A stretch of DNA of 32,040 nt from Octopus sinensis (lineage: Eukaryota), in NCBI RefSeq assembly GCF_006345805.1, contig NW_021829627.1:1-32040 (forward strand), given 5' to 3'. How positions within the stretch are numbered: the stretch's first letter is position 1; every line of letters begins with the position of its first letter. Shown in pieces: positions 1 through 11,316 of this stretch. Position numbers and translations under genes: made by a program. The notes beneath the pieces are model-generated. The model was not told where the DNA came from and did not search any database. It saw only the letters and a list, made by a program, of their open reading frames with translations.

Positions 1-225
1 TTGTCCATCGAACACTGGAGTCTCTTGTAGAGGCAAGTGGGAGGGATCGTGGAGATGGACCACAAGCATTTCACCGTACATACAGAAAGTGTGTGGGGTC
101 ACGGTCTGAACATCGTGAAAAGATGGCTCGACTGTTGAGAAGTGTCGGAATCACCTGAACACGTTAGTTAATGGTTAAGACGGTGATTCTGTTTTTTGGC
201 TTAAATAATAATAATAATAATTATG
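1..225 (+). mobile_element. 3' end of a probable non-LTR retroelement ending in an (AAT)n tail
   Basis: GC-richer stretch with an open frame ending ...EKMARLLRSVGIT* near position 160, then a short UTR and an (AAT)n tail at about 203-223. It abuts and truncates the proteasome-like copy at 226-800. The family is not recognisable from this fragment. Confidence 0.4.
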
Positions 226-800
226 GCAGGAATATGTCAACACGGATGACAACTTCCTACACTGTCTCCACAAAAAGGATTTTTTAAAATATAACAACAA
301 ATTAAATACACAAACGCAATTGATTTTTTACATTTTTTAATGTATTCCGGATATCAGTGGTACTGGGTGAGCGCATAGTTCTAAAGCTTTTATATCGATG
401 ATACCTTAATTCCTCGCAAATCCGTGTACTAAGTCTGACATTTCCCGAAAATCCTGCTATTATATTTTTCGAAAAAACTTCGATTTTATCGACTCTATTT
501 CAATCTACAAAATTAAAAAAATTAGTACATTAACTACTTCCATCTTTAAATTTCGTTGTTCTTTTAGAGTCTGCAGCAAGCAAAACTACTCCGCGGTATT
601 TGACTTAAAGTATTGTTGTTCCGCACTTAAACTAATAACAAGTTGAAAACAAACCTTCATAACCACACACTTGAAAAAATATTTCTTCCCTCTTTTTAAA
701 ACATTGATTTTTAGTTTTTCTCCATCCAATAAATGATTCAACGCAGAAACAACAAAAGACCCAAATGAATTTACCAAGGGGACATTAAGTTAATTTCCAA
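226..800 (-). pseudogene. Divergent proteasome beta-subunit-like gene, copy 1 (in-frame stop, 3' truncated)
   Basis: After removing a 23-nt intron (gtttgttttcaacttgttattag) the minus strand reads ...VVMK/FKCG-TTIL*VKYRGVVLLAADSKRTT, then NRVDKIEVFSKNIIAGFSGNV. This matches the beta-subunit N-terminus (G/T1, D17, K33-like, G47-like). There is a TAA at mature residue 5. Confidence 0.7.
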
Positions 801-1229
801 TGTCAAATCAGGTGTCTCATCGCACATTTCAGTAAACAGTAACTTGATCGACATGAACAATATTCACATTCCTTCTGTCCTCACTAAAAAAATGTCAAAC
901 TTATCTGATACTCAGGTCGTCAGTAAAGGTATGGTTCTTCACAAAATTGACAATTCACAGAGAGAGTTCCAAGTTCTTAGAGACCTCAGGAATCATCGTG
1001 ATTCAATTTCTCACTGACATTGGTAGGAAAAGCTTCTCGAAAATATAAATAAAATTCATATTTATTAAAATTAAAATTATTACACTATGGTTAACCTATT
1101 TTTAAAGGTAAGCCTAATAAATTATAACACGTTGATACATGTAGTTGACTTATTTTGTTTGTATTTTATATGTACTTTTCTACATTCTTATTTAATTTGA
1201 TTTGTAAGGAATAAATCTTTATGAACTTT

Positions 1230-1790
1230 CATTTCCTGATTACAGAATTTGAAATTTTATCATTTTCATCATTTTTTTGATTTTATTCCTTAAAAGTCAA
1301 TCTCTTATTATTTTGACATTTTTATAATGATTTTTTTTATATCTTTTTGAATTTTTTTACTTCATCTTTATTCTGATTTATCTATTAACAAGAAATCTAT
1401 TAAAAATAACAAAGAATCAAAAAAGGATCAAATAAAACTAAAATCAATCAATAGCAGACATCCAGAAAAATTAAGTCTTTGATTTTTTTGGCGTCTCTAC
1501 TTTCTGGCTATATCGTAATCCACGAAAATCACTAAAAATGCTTGTTGTCGAGGAAGCACACAACCTTGATTGATTTGTCTCTCGTATTTTTTAATGTATT
1601 CCAGATGTTAATAACACTGGGTGTATTTTATATTGATAATACATTAATTCGTGTATTAGCTTCACATTTCCCGAAAATCCCGCAAAATTGTTTGAAAAAA
1701 CTTCGATTTTTTCGACTCCATTTTTATCTACAAGATTAAAAAAGTTAATACGTTTCAAAGAATTTGAGTCGTACACATTTTCACTAAACG
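1230..1790 (-). pseudogene. Divergent proteasome beta-subunit-like gene, copy 2 (partial, degraded)
   Basis: Reads VYDSNSLK/intron/KNGVEKIEVFSNNFAGFSGNV. Bases 1590-1760 are a recognisable duplicate of 336-530. The T1 region is missing and there are multiple stops downstream. Confidence 0.55.
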
Positions 1791-1801
1791 AATTTCAGAA
1801 G

Positions 1802-2552
1802 TTATTGTAGTGGGGTTATCCCCACTAAACTAATTCCAAATAAAGATATTGTGTGAACTAAGATATTATTTATTAAAATATACTTTGGGAAAATCCTTCT
1901 GTTAATCGGTCCTTTTGCGCTGCATGTTTTATAGCATCGTGGGCTATTTTAATCGCCTCACTTTGCGTTATCAATACTCCGAGGTGACTGCCAATAATTA
2001 TACAAAAATACTGTGCGAATATCCACTGAAATGCCGAGTTTGTCCAGATCCCATAAAAAGGAATAAAGGAATCAATTTTAATTGTATAGATTCCACCTTT
2101 GAAAACACATACAAGAATCACGGTCTAAAAATATAAAAAAATAAAATATACCGACAATAGAATTGGAAGTGTATAATTTGCAAAAATTCCATGAATGAAC
2201 ATTACCAAATTTCCTGGATCCACATTATGGTCGAATCTAAATAACAAATTAATCAGAAAAATACAAATAATTAAGACGACATGCACCGAACAATTTCTCA
2301 TAAACGTGCATGTTCCCCGTGAACCCAATAATTGAGTTGTTCGTAATTTGAAATATTTTGTTTAACCTGTCATTATCTAATTTGTTAGTCCAACAATTTA
2401 TTACAGTTTTTGTTGGGAGTATTCGCATCTTGGGTTACTCTGCTATCTGCAGCAAGAACAACCCTTCCAAGATAGGGTATGGTCACCACAGTTGTCATAC
2501 TTATATGATTCTAAGACGAAATTAGAAAATTCAAAGCTACCATTCGAAACAT
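1802..2552 (-). CDS. Divergent proteasome beta-type subunit-like protein, copy 3 (apparently intact, several mini-introns)
   Basis: Manual splicing (introns of 24-30 nt) gives an open frame: MFRM/NHISM-TTVVTIPYLGRVVLAADSRVTQDANTPNKN/YNDRLNKIFQITNNSIIGFTGN...EAIKIAHDAIKHAAQKDRLTEGFSQ/IHTISLFG...LQ*. T1, D17-S-R, K33-like, G47-like and the C-terminal A...AI..A..RD-like helix all fit PF00227. The start codon is uncertain. Confidence 0.75.
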
Positions 2553-3229
2553 TTTTATCAATCTAACACGTTGGTATATTCATAAATATCACTTTAATCG
2601 AGACGTAGAATTATAACTACAACATCAAAGACGGTAGAGCATGAAATTGTAGTATGGTTTTAAGAAATAAGATCAAAGAAAAATTTATTCTCGCAAAATG
2701 GAGTTAGGTGGATTTTTTAAATTTAATTCGTCAAAAAGACTGGAATTTAGGCTAAACATCTGTTTTAGATCACTATAGTTCAAAATACAATAATTCAGTT
2801 TTGTACTATTGGATTAAAACAACTTTTTAATCTGATTTTATAAATTTTTTAGTTCCATCATTATGTTATAAACCATAAAGCCATGTTCTTCATCTTTATT
2901 GGTTTAGCACCCTTACTTATTTAGTTTAATTATTTTTACATTTTGTGCATATAAAATTTTTATTGATTATTCAGTTACTCGTTAAATTCAGTTAATCGCT
3001 AACTTTTGCCTTGGTCAAAAATTTGGCAAGTAAACGGGGTTTGACTTTATTTATATTCTAAAATTTTAAACTCTTCGCAAATGTATGAAAAATAGATTAT
3101 TCCTTACTCAAAATAATAAAACTTTAATGATATGAAATTAAAAATGACAAACATAAAGGGATCAGTTTGTCTATCTAGACAAGAGCTTAGAAATTTTTAT
3201 TATCAAATAAGCCATTAACCTTATCAAGA

Positions 3230-4060
3230 GAGCTTTTGGAAGTCCCCGGAATCTCTTTCATAGTTGAACCTACTGGGATCGATTGGGGAGATGGGAAAAA
3301 ACAGGACTGTATCACTGTGTTTTCTTTCAAGAGAGGAAACACATTTATTGTAAACCGCCCCTAAATAAATCGCCACAATTTCTTAATGCAAAAAGATGCG
3401 GAAGTACTCTTCACTTGTGGAGATCCCGTGAGGCCAATACGATGTCATCCGCATAAGATAGGATGGAATCATTATTGTCGGTAGGGGGCGGAAGATCTTC
3501 CAGGAAAAAGTTGAAAAGGGCCGAGGATAAAGAGGATCCCTGAGGTACTCTGTTGGACAGGAAATGATACGTAGACTTTAGGCCTCCAAGTCACACCCTT
3601 TCCCTTCTTCCACTTAAGAGGTGAGATCCATAGTTTGAGTTACTCTGAAAATATCTTTTTTGATAGAATCCTCCTTGAGACAAAGTCAAAGACTTTGTTT
3701 ATACCGACAGAACAAAGGAAACTTTTTAAGTGTTTCGGTTTGCTTGCAAATCCAGTAAGAATGAAATCAGTGAATGTTTTTAAGCATGTAGACGCGGACT
3801 TGATTTTAAACCTATATTGAAAAGACCTTTACGGTAAAAATTCTTTTATACTTCCAAGAACCATAAACCGGTATAAAAAATGCAAAGTCGTTTCTTTATA
3901 AATGGCTGTGTCCATAATGACGTATCACATTTGGGTTTATCGAAGTATCCAACACCTCTCACCGAAAAAAGAAAAGGTGCTGACCGTTTCTTCTGTTTGA
4001 GGGTAGCGTGTTGGATTTTTTCTCCTCATTATGTGATATTTTTGCATAGAACTTTATCAG
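3230..4060 (-). mobile_element. Degenerate LINE reverse transcriptase fragment (I/Jockey-like)
   Basis: Minus strand reads QYRFKIKSASTCL...INKVFDFV...RVPQGSSLSSALFNFFLEDLPPP...ILSYADDIVL (YADD at about 3441-3456). Stops and frameshifts are present. Confidence 0.85.
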
Positions 4061-4329
4061 ATTATTCAACCCTTTTGAATATATTCCTCTGCTTTTGAAT
4101 ATATTCCTACTATTTTTGTAGGTCGAATACAGGGGTCTGGTTCAAACTATTGAATTATAGTTCATTTAATTTAAATTTTGGTTTACTTTGCGAACAAAGA
4201 ACTCTTTCACATCTTACAAAGTGTTTATATGCCCATAATACAATAAGTTGTGCTTTTTTGCTGTATAGTTTGACAGATTTCATTTGATTTTGATTAATTA
4301 ATAAATCATTCTTTTTAAAACATTTTTTG

Positions 4330-5096
4330 AAATAACCAGTCAATTTCAAATTTTTCTTATATCCTTTCCAAGTTGAAATCTAAACTCATAATATTTTTGG
4401 AGTGTCTCAAAAATGTGTTTTGCGCTACATTTTCCAACTTATCCATCATTTCATACGTTTCTAATATTGTTGTTTTGTCCTCTGTCCCAATTCCATTATA
4501 AAATTCGCGACTGTTGACTAGATTTTGGTTTTCTTCAAATATTACTTCAGTTATTATTTCTTCCAGGACTTCTTCTCCGCAATTTTTTCTTCTCTACTTT
4601 CTTCAATTTTCTTCCAACAATTAATTATTGTTGTTTCTTTGACTTCCATCCATGTTTTTCTAATAAGTACCATAATCTGTGGCATATCTATATTTTTAAA
4701 AGATTTAGGATTAATTGTTGTATCTTCTTTCAAATTGAACATAAATTCAGTTGGGAAGTTTGTGTAATACACTTTAAAACATTTTATTATACCCATGTCT
4801 AGAAGTTGAATCGAAGATGTTGTGTTTTTCGGAAGAAAAAACAATTTAACATTTGAGTATTCCAATAAAGAATGGCATGTAGCATTATCCATCATTAAAA
4901 GTATTTTTCTATCTTGTGAGAGAAACTTGTTGACTTCATCTATTTGAACTAATCTTGAAATGACTGATCCTGTATTAATAAAAGAAGAAATGTTTTTTTT
5001 TATTCGGCAAATAGTGCCTTTGCTTATCTTGAATTTTTTTACAACTTCTCTTTCAGATGAAGTTTGTAGACACTTTGCAATTTTAATTTGTTTCAA
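4330..5096 (-). mobile_element. pogo/Tigger (Tc1/mariner, CENP-B-like) transposase remnant with an internal deletion
   Basis: The HTH segment EREVVKKFKISKGTICRIKKN is joined directly to the DDE_1 segment RKILLMMDNATCH...FFLPKNTTSSIQLLDMGIIKCFKVYY. The HTH-Tc5 domain and first catalytic region are missing. No TIR pair was found. Confidence 0.85.
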
Positions 5097-5151
5097 TAGA
5101 AATCTTGGAATGCATTACACAAAGATAAGTATCAAGTGTTCAAAAATAATA

Positions 5152-6697
5152 TGTCGCGACCCACGCTGGCGACCATCCCACGCTGGCGACCATCAGTTTG
5201 ACAGGTCATGACCTTCAGTTTGACAGGTGATTTAAACCGGAAAAAATTCATTTTAAGAAATGGTTTAGCGTCATTTTACAAAAAAAATATGGTTTCTCTC
5301 AAAAGATGTTAGCATGAAAAAAGCGACTCAATTTATCATTATTAATGATCGGTATATTTGCGACTCCTAACTCATAGTCTTTATCTAAAGGACGAGAATA
5401 ACCAAAAACACAATTTGGTCATTTGTCTGGACAATGAAATGGAGATGAGGACACTAGCATTCGCCATTCACCAAGAATCCCACTGGGGAATACGAAAGCT
5501 TCAGAAAAAGTGCAGTGAATTCTATTTCACTGTAAAACGTCCAATCATCGAACAAATTATAAAAGACTGTGAAATTTGTAAATTTGCCCTACCATTGAAA
5601 GTATTTAAAAAAAATATACCTAGGTGTCGGATTCTAATTACCATGTAACTGCAGGAAAACCCAACGAAAGATTCCAGGCGGGTCTTATTGATGTTAGAAG
5701 ATATCAAGAGTTTAACGATGGATCTAATTGGATACTGACAATTATTGACATCTACAGCAAATTTGTTGTCTGCAAATCTTTAAAAAATAAAACTGCTACT
5801 GGTAAGACTTGAAATTTAATTGAAGAAGTGGTGAATAAATTCCAAAAATTGTTTTATCAAATTGGATATTGTCAGATCTTGCAAACGGACAACAGGTTGG
5901 AATTCAAAAACCAACTTATGGCTCAACTATGCGAGGAATAAATTTGAAATAAATTAGGGTGTAATTGAGCGCTTTAACTAAATATTGACACGTGCTATGG
6001 CAAAACTTATGGATAAAGAAGGAACTAAAAATTGGAAACAATACGGCGGACATATTACGAACAAATTTCGACCTCTTTAAAAATCAAATTATACAACATG
6101 CTACTGAAACCGGTCTTATTGTACAATTTCTCTACATAAAAAAATACGTAAAAATTGGAAACAATTTTTAGACAAAGTAACTTTTTCCTATAATACGACA
6201 CACCACTCGGCGATCAATTAGACCCCCTTCAAAAGTTTAGGGGTATTTCTGGAATTAACACTGTGATTCATGAAATACCAGGTTATAATCTTATTTATAA
6301 TTTAGATGAAAATAACGAGGTATCGTTTGTCGAAGATGAACTTAATGGTAAATTTACGATGTATTTATTTTTAGAAACGAATAATAAAAGATTGTGGGAC
6401 GAATCCGTCATTAAAGCTACACAGATTTGAATCCCCATATGAAGAAAAGGGAAAAGTAAAAAATATAATGTCTAAACACAGATTAATGGTTAGTTGTTTT
6501 TCCTAACAAAATTTAGTTCGAATTACGAAATAGTTACTATGAATAGAGATAAAAAATGTTAAGTTTTTTTGATTTTTTAGCAATTATCTTTAGTCAGTAA
6601 TTAGTGTCAAACTATGTAGGTCGCCCTGTCAATCTTGTCAACAATGAAGGTCGCTCTGGTCGCCAGCGTGGGATGGTCGCCAGCGTGGGTCGCGACA
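5152..6697 (+). mobile_element. Ginger-like DNA transposon 1 (retroviral-type integrase, TIRs), degenerate
   Basis: 41-bp TIR TGTCGCGACCCACGCTGGCGACCATCCCACGCTGGCGACCA starts at 5152 and its reverse complement ends at 6697. 5-bp TSD TAATA on both sides. Integrase motifs: H2C2 (IHQESHWG...CEIC), PNERFQAGLID, ILTIIDIYSKF, LQTDNR, GVIERFN, YNTTHHSAI. Stops and a deletion are present. Confidence 0.88.
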
Positions 6698-7966
6698 TAA
6701 TATTATTCAGAAAAGAAAAAAAAATAGTAAAGTGCCCATAGTGGGGTTTTGATAATTTTCAAATTTTGATGAAAAATGTACTGAAAATAAAACCGTCCAA
6801 AAAGCGAAAAAGCGAAAGAGCCCCAAGGTTTTTGTTGCGGCAGGGTTCGATTGTATTTATAATAAATGACTTCCCGTTTTTAAAAAAATCAACCAGCATT
6901 AATGTCAAAGTTTAAAATTATTATTGGTTTAGATAAATTCGAAATATTTCGTTATACCTATCTATACAATAAAACGAATTTGTACATCTCGTAATATAAG
7001 TAGGGATTAATTTAGGCTGTCGACTATTTTTTGGGTTAATATAAATTAATACATCGGAAATGATTGACTAGTTATTAATTTGAATAAAATCCGCATTTAG
7101 GCTGTCAATATGTGTAATGAATATAAAAATACGAACTTTACAAAAAAGTGACATAAGATTTAAATAGCATTCTCCCGATCGATTTGGGCCAAAATCAGAA
7201 TGTTTAACTAAATTATATACAATCATATAAAGTGAAACTCAAATAATAAATTGATTGAATGGAATAATAAATATTGTGTAAATCATTCTGGAAATATGTT
7301 TGTTTAATTCTAACTATAGCAGACAATTGTTTATTTCTTCAGAAATCAGTATGATATTGATTAATATTTTAATTATTAATTTCTACAATTACTATCTTGA
7401 TTTACACAACCGTCAGAATCTGTTTTAAAAATAATAAAATATTAAAGAAATTTGTTATTCAAACAATTTAATTTTATATTTGATTGTCTATTAGATCAAT
7501 TCTGTAAAGTTTTAAGCAGATTATTAATGTTTAAAGAGTGTAATTATAGATTGTCTATTAAATTATAACTTATATTTTTTTACAGTCGTATATAGATCGT
7601 GAATCAATGCATAATATTATTGCATTTCATCAAAATTGGTAAAATAATTAAAATAGAGAAATATCTTATGATAATTTTGGTTCCAGCTTCCTCCTCTTTG
7701 TTTTCAATCCGCTTCTTCTTGCAAGATTCATGGGCCGGGATACAGCGTCCAATTAATGAATAAAACATACTTTAAAACAAAATTATTTTATAATCGATAA
7801 TTCTGTGTGATAATTTTTGAGGGGTCTAGTAATTATTATTTACCAAGAATATTTAATATTGTAATTATAATATCGTATTTAAGCTAGCAAATCATTTCCT
7901 GATCGTTATTATCAATATATTTATTTCATATAACAATATAAACCAGCGCCGAAAATTAAGTCGAGA

Positions 7967-9202
7967 ATGAATATAATTCGTTCAAACTTATTATTAAAAT
8001 ATTAATTTTATAGACGCCAAAAACAATGAATATGTTGAAATGGAAACTTCAAGCGACACCTGGATAGAAAATTTTGTTCCAGGGGTATTAATTACTTATG
8101 ACTCTCTTAAATTTAAATAGAATAACCAGTTTTATCAAGAATATCAGAATTATAAGATCCGAATGAAGTCTATTGATGGACCATTATCATATTATGGAAA
8201 TCAACATGGACGAATTTTTGATGAGCGTTCTACGGCATGATTATTTCATATGTAATTTAATAGTTTGATGAAATGAATAAAAATCAATATTTTGATGAAC
8301 CTTTTGGAGAATATTATCATGACATGAATAACCAAAATTTTTATAATTCTTACAAAGTAGTGATTATTTGATTAGCTTAAATTTCAATAGAATAACCAAA
8401 ATGATTTTGATCCCAATTTCGATCAACCTCTTGATTTGGAATATGCTCAGATGAATAAATCAAGAAGAAATATTCATTCAAGAGTCCTTAATTATATTAA
8501 TTTTAATAGAATAATCAAATTAATTTAGATACCAATTTAGATTCATTCTATGGATTAGAATTTGTTCAGAAGAATGAACCAAGGCGAGATATATTTTCCA
8601 CAGTTTTTAATTATATTAATTTAAATAGAATAATCAAGTTAATTTGAATCCCAATTCAGATCAACTTCATTATTTTGAATTTTGTCAGATGATTAAATCA
8701 TTTCCAACTATTCATTCAAGAGTCCTTAATTATATTAATTAAAATAGAATAAACAAATCAATGCGAATAGAAGTATTACTCTGCCAATGTTGAGTTCTCC
8801 TCCCAATGTAAAAATTATTTTGAATTTATTTAATTTGAATAGCAACATCAAAATCATTTAAATGATCAAAGTTTTGAATACAATTCAGAATTCACTGATG
8901 AACCAATTTTGGATAAAGTTTGTAGGTTTTAATCATTTTTAAGAGAGTTGAGCATTCTTTAAATGAACGAATCCGCAGGGATCAAGTCAAAAAAATATAT
9001 TTAAACATCGGCAAAATAGTATATGCACAGAAAGTTGGAAAACAAGTAAAATTACTAAACTAATTTGCAGGACTATCGCGACCATATTCGCCAAACAGCA
9101 AAAAAAGCTTTCTTTTTCCTTGACGAAATTTCAAATATTATCGCTGAGTATGAAGAAAGATTTTATGAATATATCCAAATGATGAAAGACTTTGGTCAGT
9201 AA
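7967..9202 (+). CDS. Putative divergent bHLH(-Zip) transcription factor with an Asn/Gln-rich repetitive N-terminus
   Basis: Removing phase-0 introns of 25-36 nt (one GC-AG) gives a continuous frame from about 8014 to TAA at 9200-9202. The C-terminus RVEHSLNERIRRDQVKKIYLNIGKIV...RDHIRQTAKKAFFFLDEI resembles the Myc/Max-type basic helix HN..ER.RRD.IK..F..L...V. The start codon is uncertain. Confidence 0.6.
8391..8747 (+). repeat. Three tandem 119-bp exon+intron units (93-nt exon + 26-nt intron)
   Basis: Exons 8391-8483, 8510-8602 and 8629-8721 each encode 31 aa starting NNQ. The introns are nearly identical (gtccttaattatattaatt...aatag). Confidence 0.85.
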
Positions 9203-9666
9203 ATATTTCAACTATCTTGATAGCACATCCTCTCGTGGTCGAAAGCGTAATACAAATTCGGAGTGAATTTGCTAGGAGGATAATGAGTTGCAGGACAATA
9301 TTGCCTAATTTTTTTGATTGCTGGTTAGACGAAAATCGTGAAGTTAAAAACTTGATTATAACATACAGACAATAACCTAATTTTAAATTGAAAAAAATAT
9401 TGACTATCAGCCTTTTTTTATTAGCAAAGGTTTCCAAATGGTGAGGCGCGAAAAGCATATCAGAAACATTTTTTTAGAAAATTAGATCTATATAAAAATC
9501 GTGATTCATGTGATTGCCAAAAGACCAAATGAACGATTCCCAGAAGACATCGACACGAATTCCAAGACTTTAACTTTGATACGAAATTTTTCAAAGCTCA
9601 TGAGTGAAGATTCAGCCACAAACTTGATCGGTACTTTTCTATTTCATGAATCACGAAAATAGGCAC

Positions 9667-10101
9667 TTTATTTATTTATTTATTTATTAAACACCAAGAC
9701 CACAGTTAAGACCGAACTAATTAGCATGTGATCCCGACGCACTTCGACGGAGATCCTCCGGAAGGTTCAATCCTATGCAAAGTGCATCGTCCTGCGACGA
9801 CGATGTCCCAGGGGTAGGAGAGCTATTGGTCCTTTTTCGGTGAGCATTAGGTGCCCCCTCGGCGTTTCCAAATCCAGTCGAAATCTCCAAGTGAATTTGG
9901 TGGACCACGTAACGCCTTTCTAAGGCCGGATAGGAAGGAGATCCCTTTTTGACATACTGTGTCGTGCCAGATGTACTCGTCACCTCACGGGCAAAGGAAC
10001 TTCGACGAGATTAACCCCGACTCCAAAGTAGCCTCTTCTGGATTCGAACCCACGACGGCTGAATTCCAGTATCCAGGGCATACTCTTCAGCCAAGAGGGC
10101 C
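9667..10101 (-). mobile_element. tRNA-derived SINE
   Basis: tRNA-like head at 10101-10030 with an A-box-like TGGCTGAAGAG and a perfect B box GGTTCGAATCC (10040-10050), but non-canonical anticodon and T arms. A GC-rich body of about 330 bp follows, then an (AATA)n tail at about 9667-9690. Confidence 0.8.
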
Positions 10102-10227
10102 AAATTAATTAATGAAAATTTATTTAAATATTAGAGGAAAAACTAAAAAAATGAACTATGCCGATTTTGTAAATATTATTATAGATTTTTTTAAATAAAA
10201 TTTTGAATTTTTTAATCGGTTGTGTGG

Positions 10228-11316
10228 ATGGACGGTCACGTTGGGATGAGAAAATACGCAAAATTGAAGGACTTCGAACTCCCTCGCTCTGAGATGGAGT
10301 CCGTAGCCTTCCTTCAGGAGGTTGGAATCATTCCAACCGAAAAGAAATGCGCCAAAAGACATCCGATGATCTTAGAGCGAGATGGTACAACTTGGGTGTG
10401 CGATAAAAGCGAGTGTCGAATTTCAAGTTCTGTCCGAAACGGTGTAATAAGAGAGTACTTTATTTTTAGGTACGTGGCTCGAAGGCACGACAGTGTCCTT
10501 AGAATCTTGTATTCGTTTTATTTATATGTGGAGCTTCGACAGACACACCATTTTATGGTGTAGGCGTCAACTGGAATGGAGTGGCCAAACGATATGTAAT
10601 TGGTCTCACTCGCTGCGGGAAGTATGTGCTGCATATTTAGCAAATTGTCCGAACAAACTGATTGTTATATTACATTATTAGATTGCATAGGTGGAATTGA
10701 AAATGTCGTAGAAGTTGACGAAAGTATGTTTTCGAAAAGAAAAAATAATGCGGGACGGATTCTCCCTCAACAATGGGTGTTTGGGGGAATCTGTCGTGGA
10801 ACAAAAGACTGTTTCCTGGAGATGGTACCAGATCGCTCCAAAAGAACGTTAACCGCAGCGATACAGCGAAATATCGCACCGGGTTCAGTGATACACTCTG
10901 ACAAATGGAAGGGTAATTGTAATTACTTTATTCTTGTTAATAGGTTATTCAACCCCAGATCTAACTGCTCTTGGATATGTGCATCTTACAGTAAATCACA
11001 AGTTTATTATAATTCATTTATAAATTTGCAGACGAAATTTTGTAGACCCGGAGACCGGTGCACATACCCAGACTGTTGAGAGGTTCGTGTAGCAAAAATT
11101 ATATACAAAAATATAGAATGTGGAGGAACGCAAAATGGCGCAATAAGAGACAAAGAGGAACCGCACGCCACTATATGGGTGAATACTTTGCAGGTATTAA
11201 ATATTCAGATTTAATTTGTAGAATTTTTATGGAGAAGGCAAGTGAGCCATTTGGACAACGCATTCGACGAATTTTTAGACGCAATCGTGCAATGTGCCTA
11301 TTTTCGTGATTCATGA
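10228..11316 (+). CDS. Merlin/ISXO2-like DDE transposase, 7 exons, about 300 aa, open after splicing
   Basis: Predicted GT-AG introns at 10442-10469, 10647-10681, 10913-10943, 11002-11031, 11083-11116 and 11194-11221. The spliced frame reads ...RNGTWLEG...VVEVDESMF...QQWVFGGI...IHSDKWKGY...[30 protein letters not shown]...YFAEFLWR...RDS*. All three catalytic residues (D, D, E) are present. Confidence 0.88.

Noticed and set aside
1873-2328. Membrane transporter (SLC6-like) suggested by hydrophobic ORFs
   Set aside because: The hydrophobicity comes partly from translated T-rich introns. The spliced frame fits a proteasome beta fold much better.
5152-6697. LTR retrotransposon (Gypsy) because of the integrase and TG...CA ends
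   Set aside because: The ends are inverted rather than direct repeats, and there is no gag, protease or RT.
6800-6860. Terminal inverted repeat of the pogo element (...CAGGGTTCGATTGTA)
   Set aside because: It is a plausible single end, but no matching partner was found near 4100-4330, so no boundaries were called.
7100-7770. Additional minus-strand gene (CIPAHESCKKKRIENKEEEAGTK...)
   Set aside because: Only one short open segment of about 55 aa, with no recognisable motif and no consistent splice model.
10030-10101. Functional tRNA gene
   Set aside because: The anticodon loop is not 7 nt and the T stem is mismatched. It continues into a body and an (AATA)n tail, so a SINE head is the better reading.
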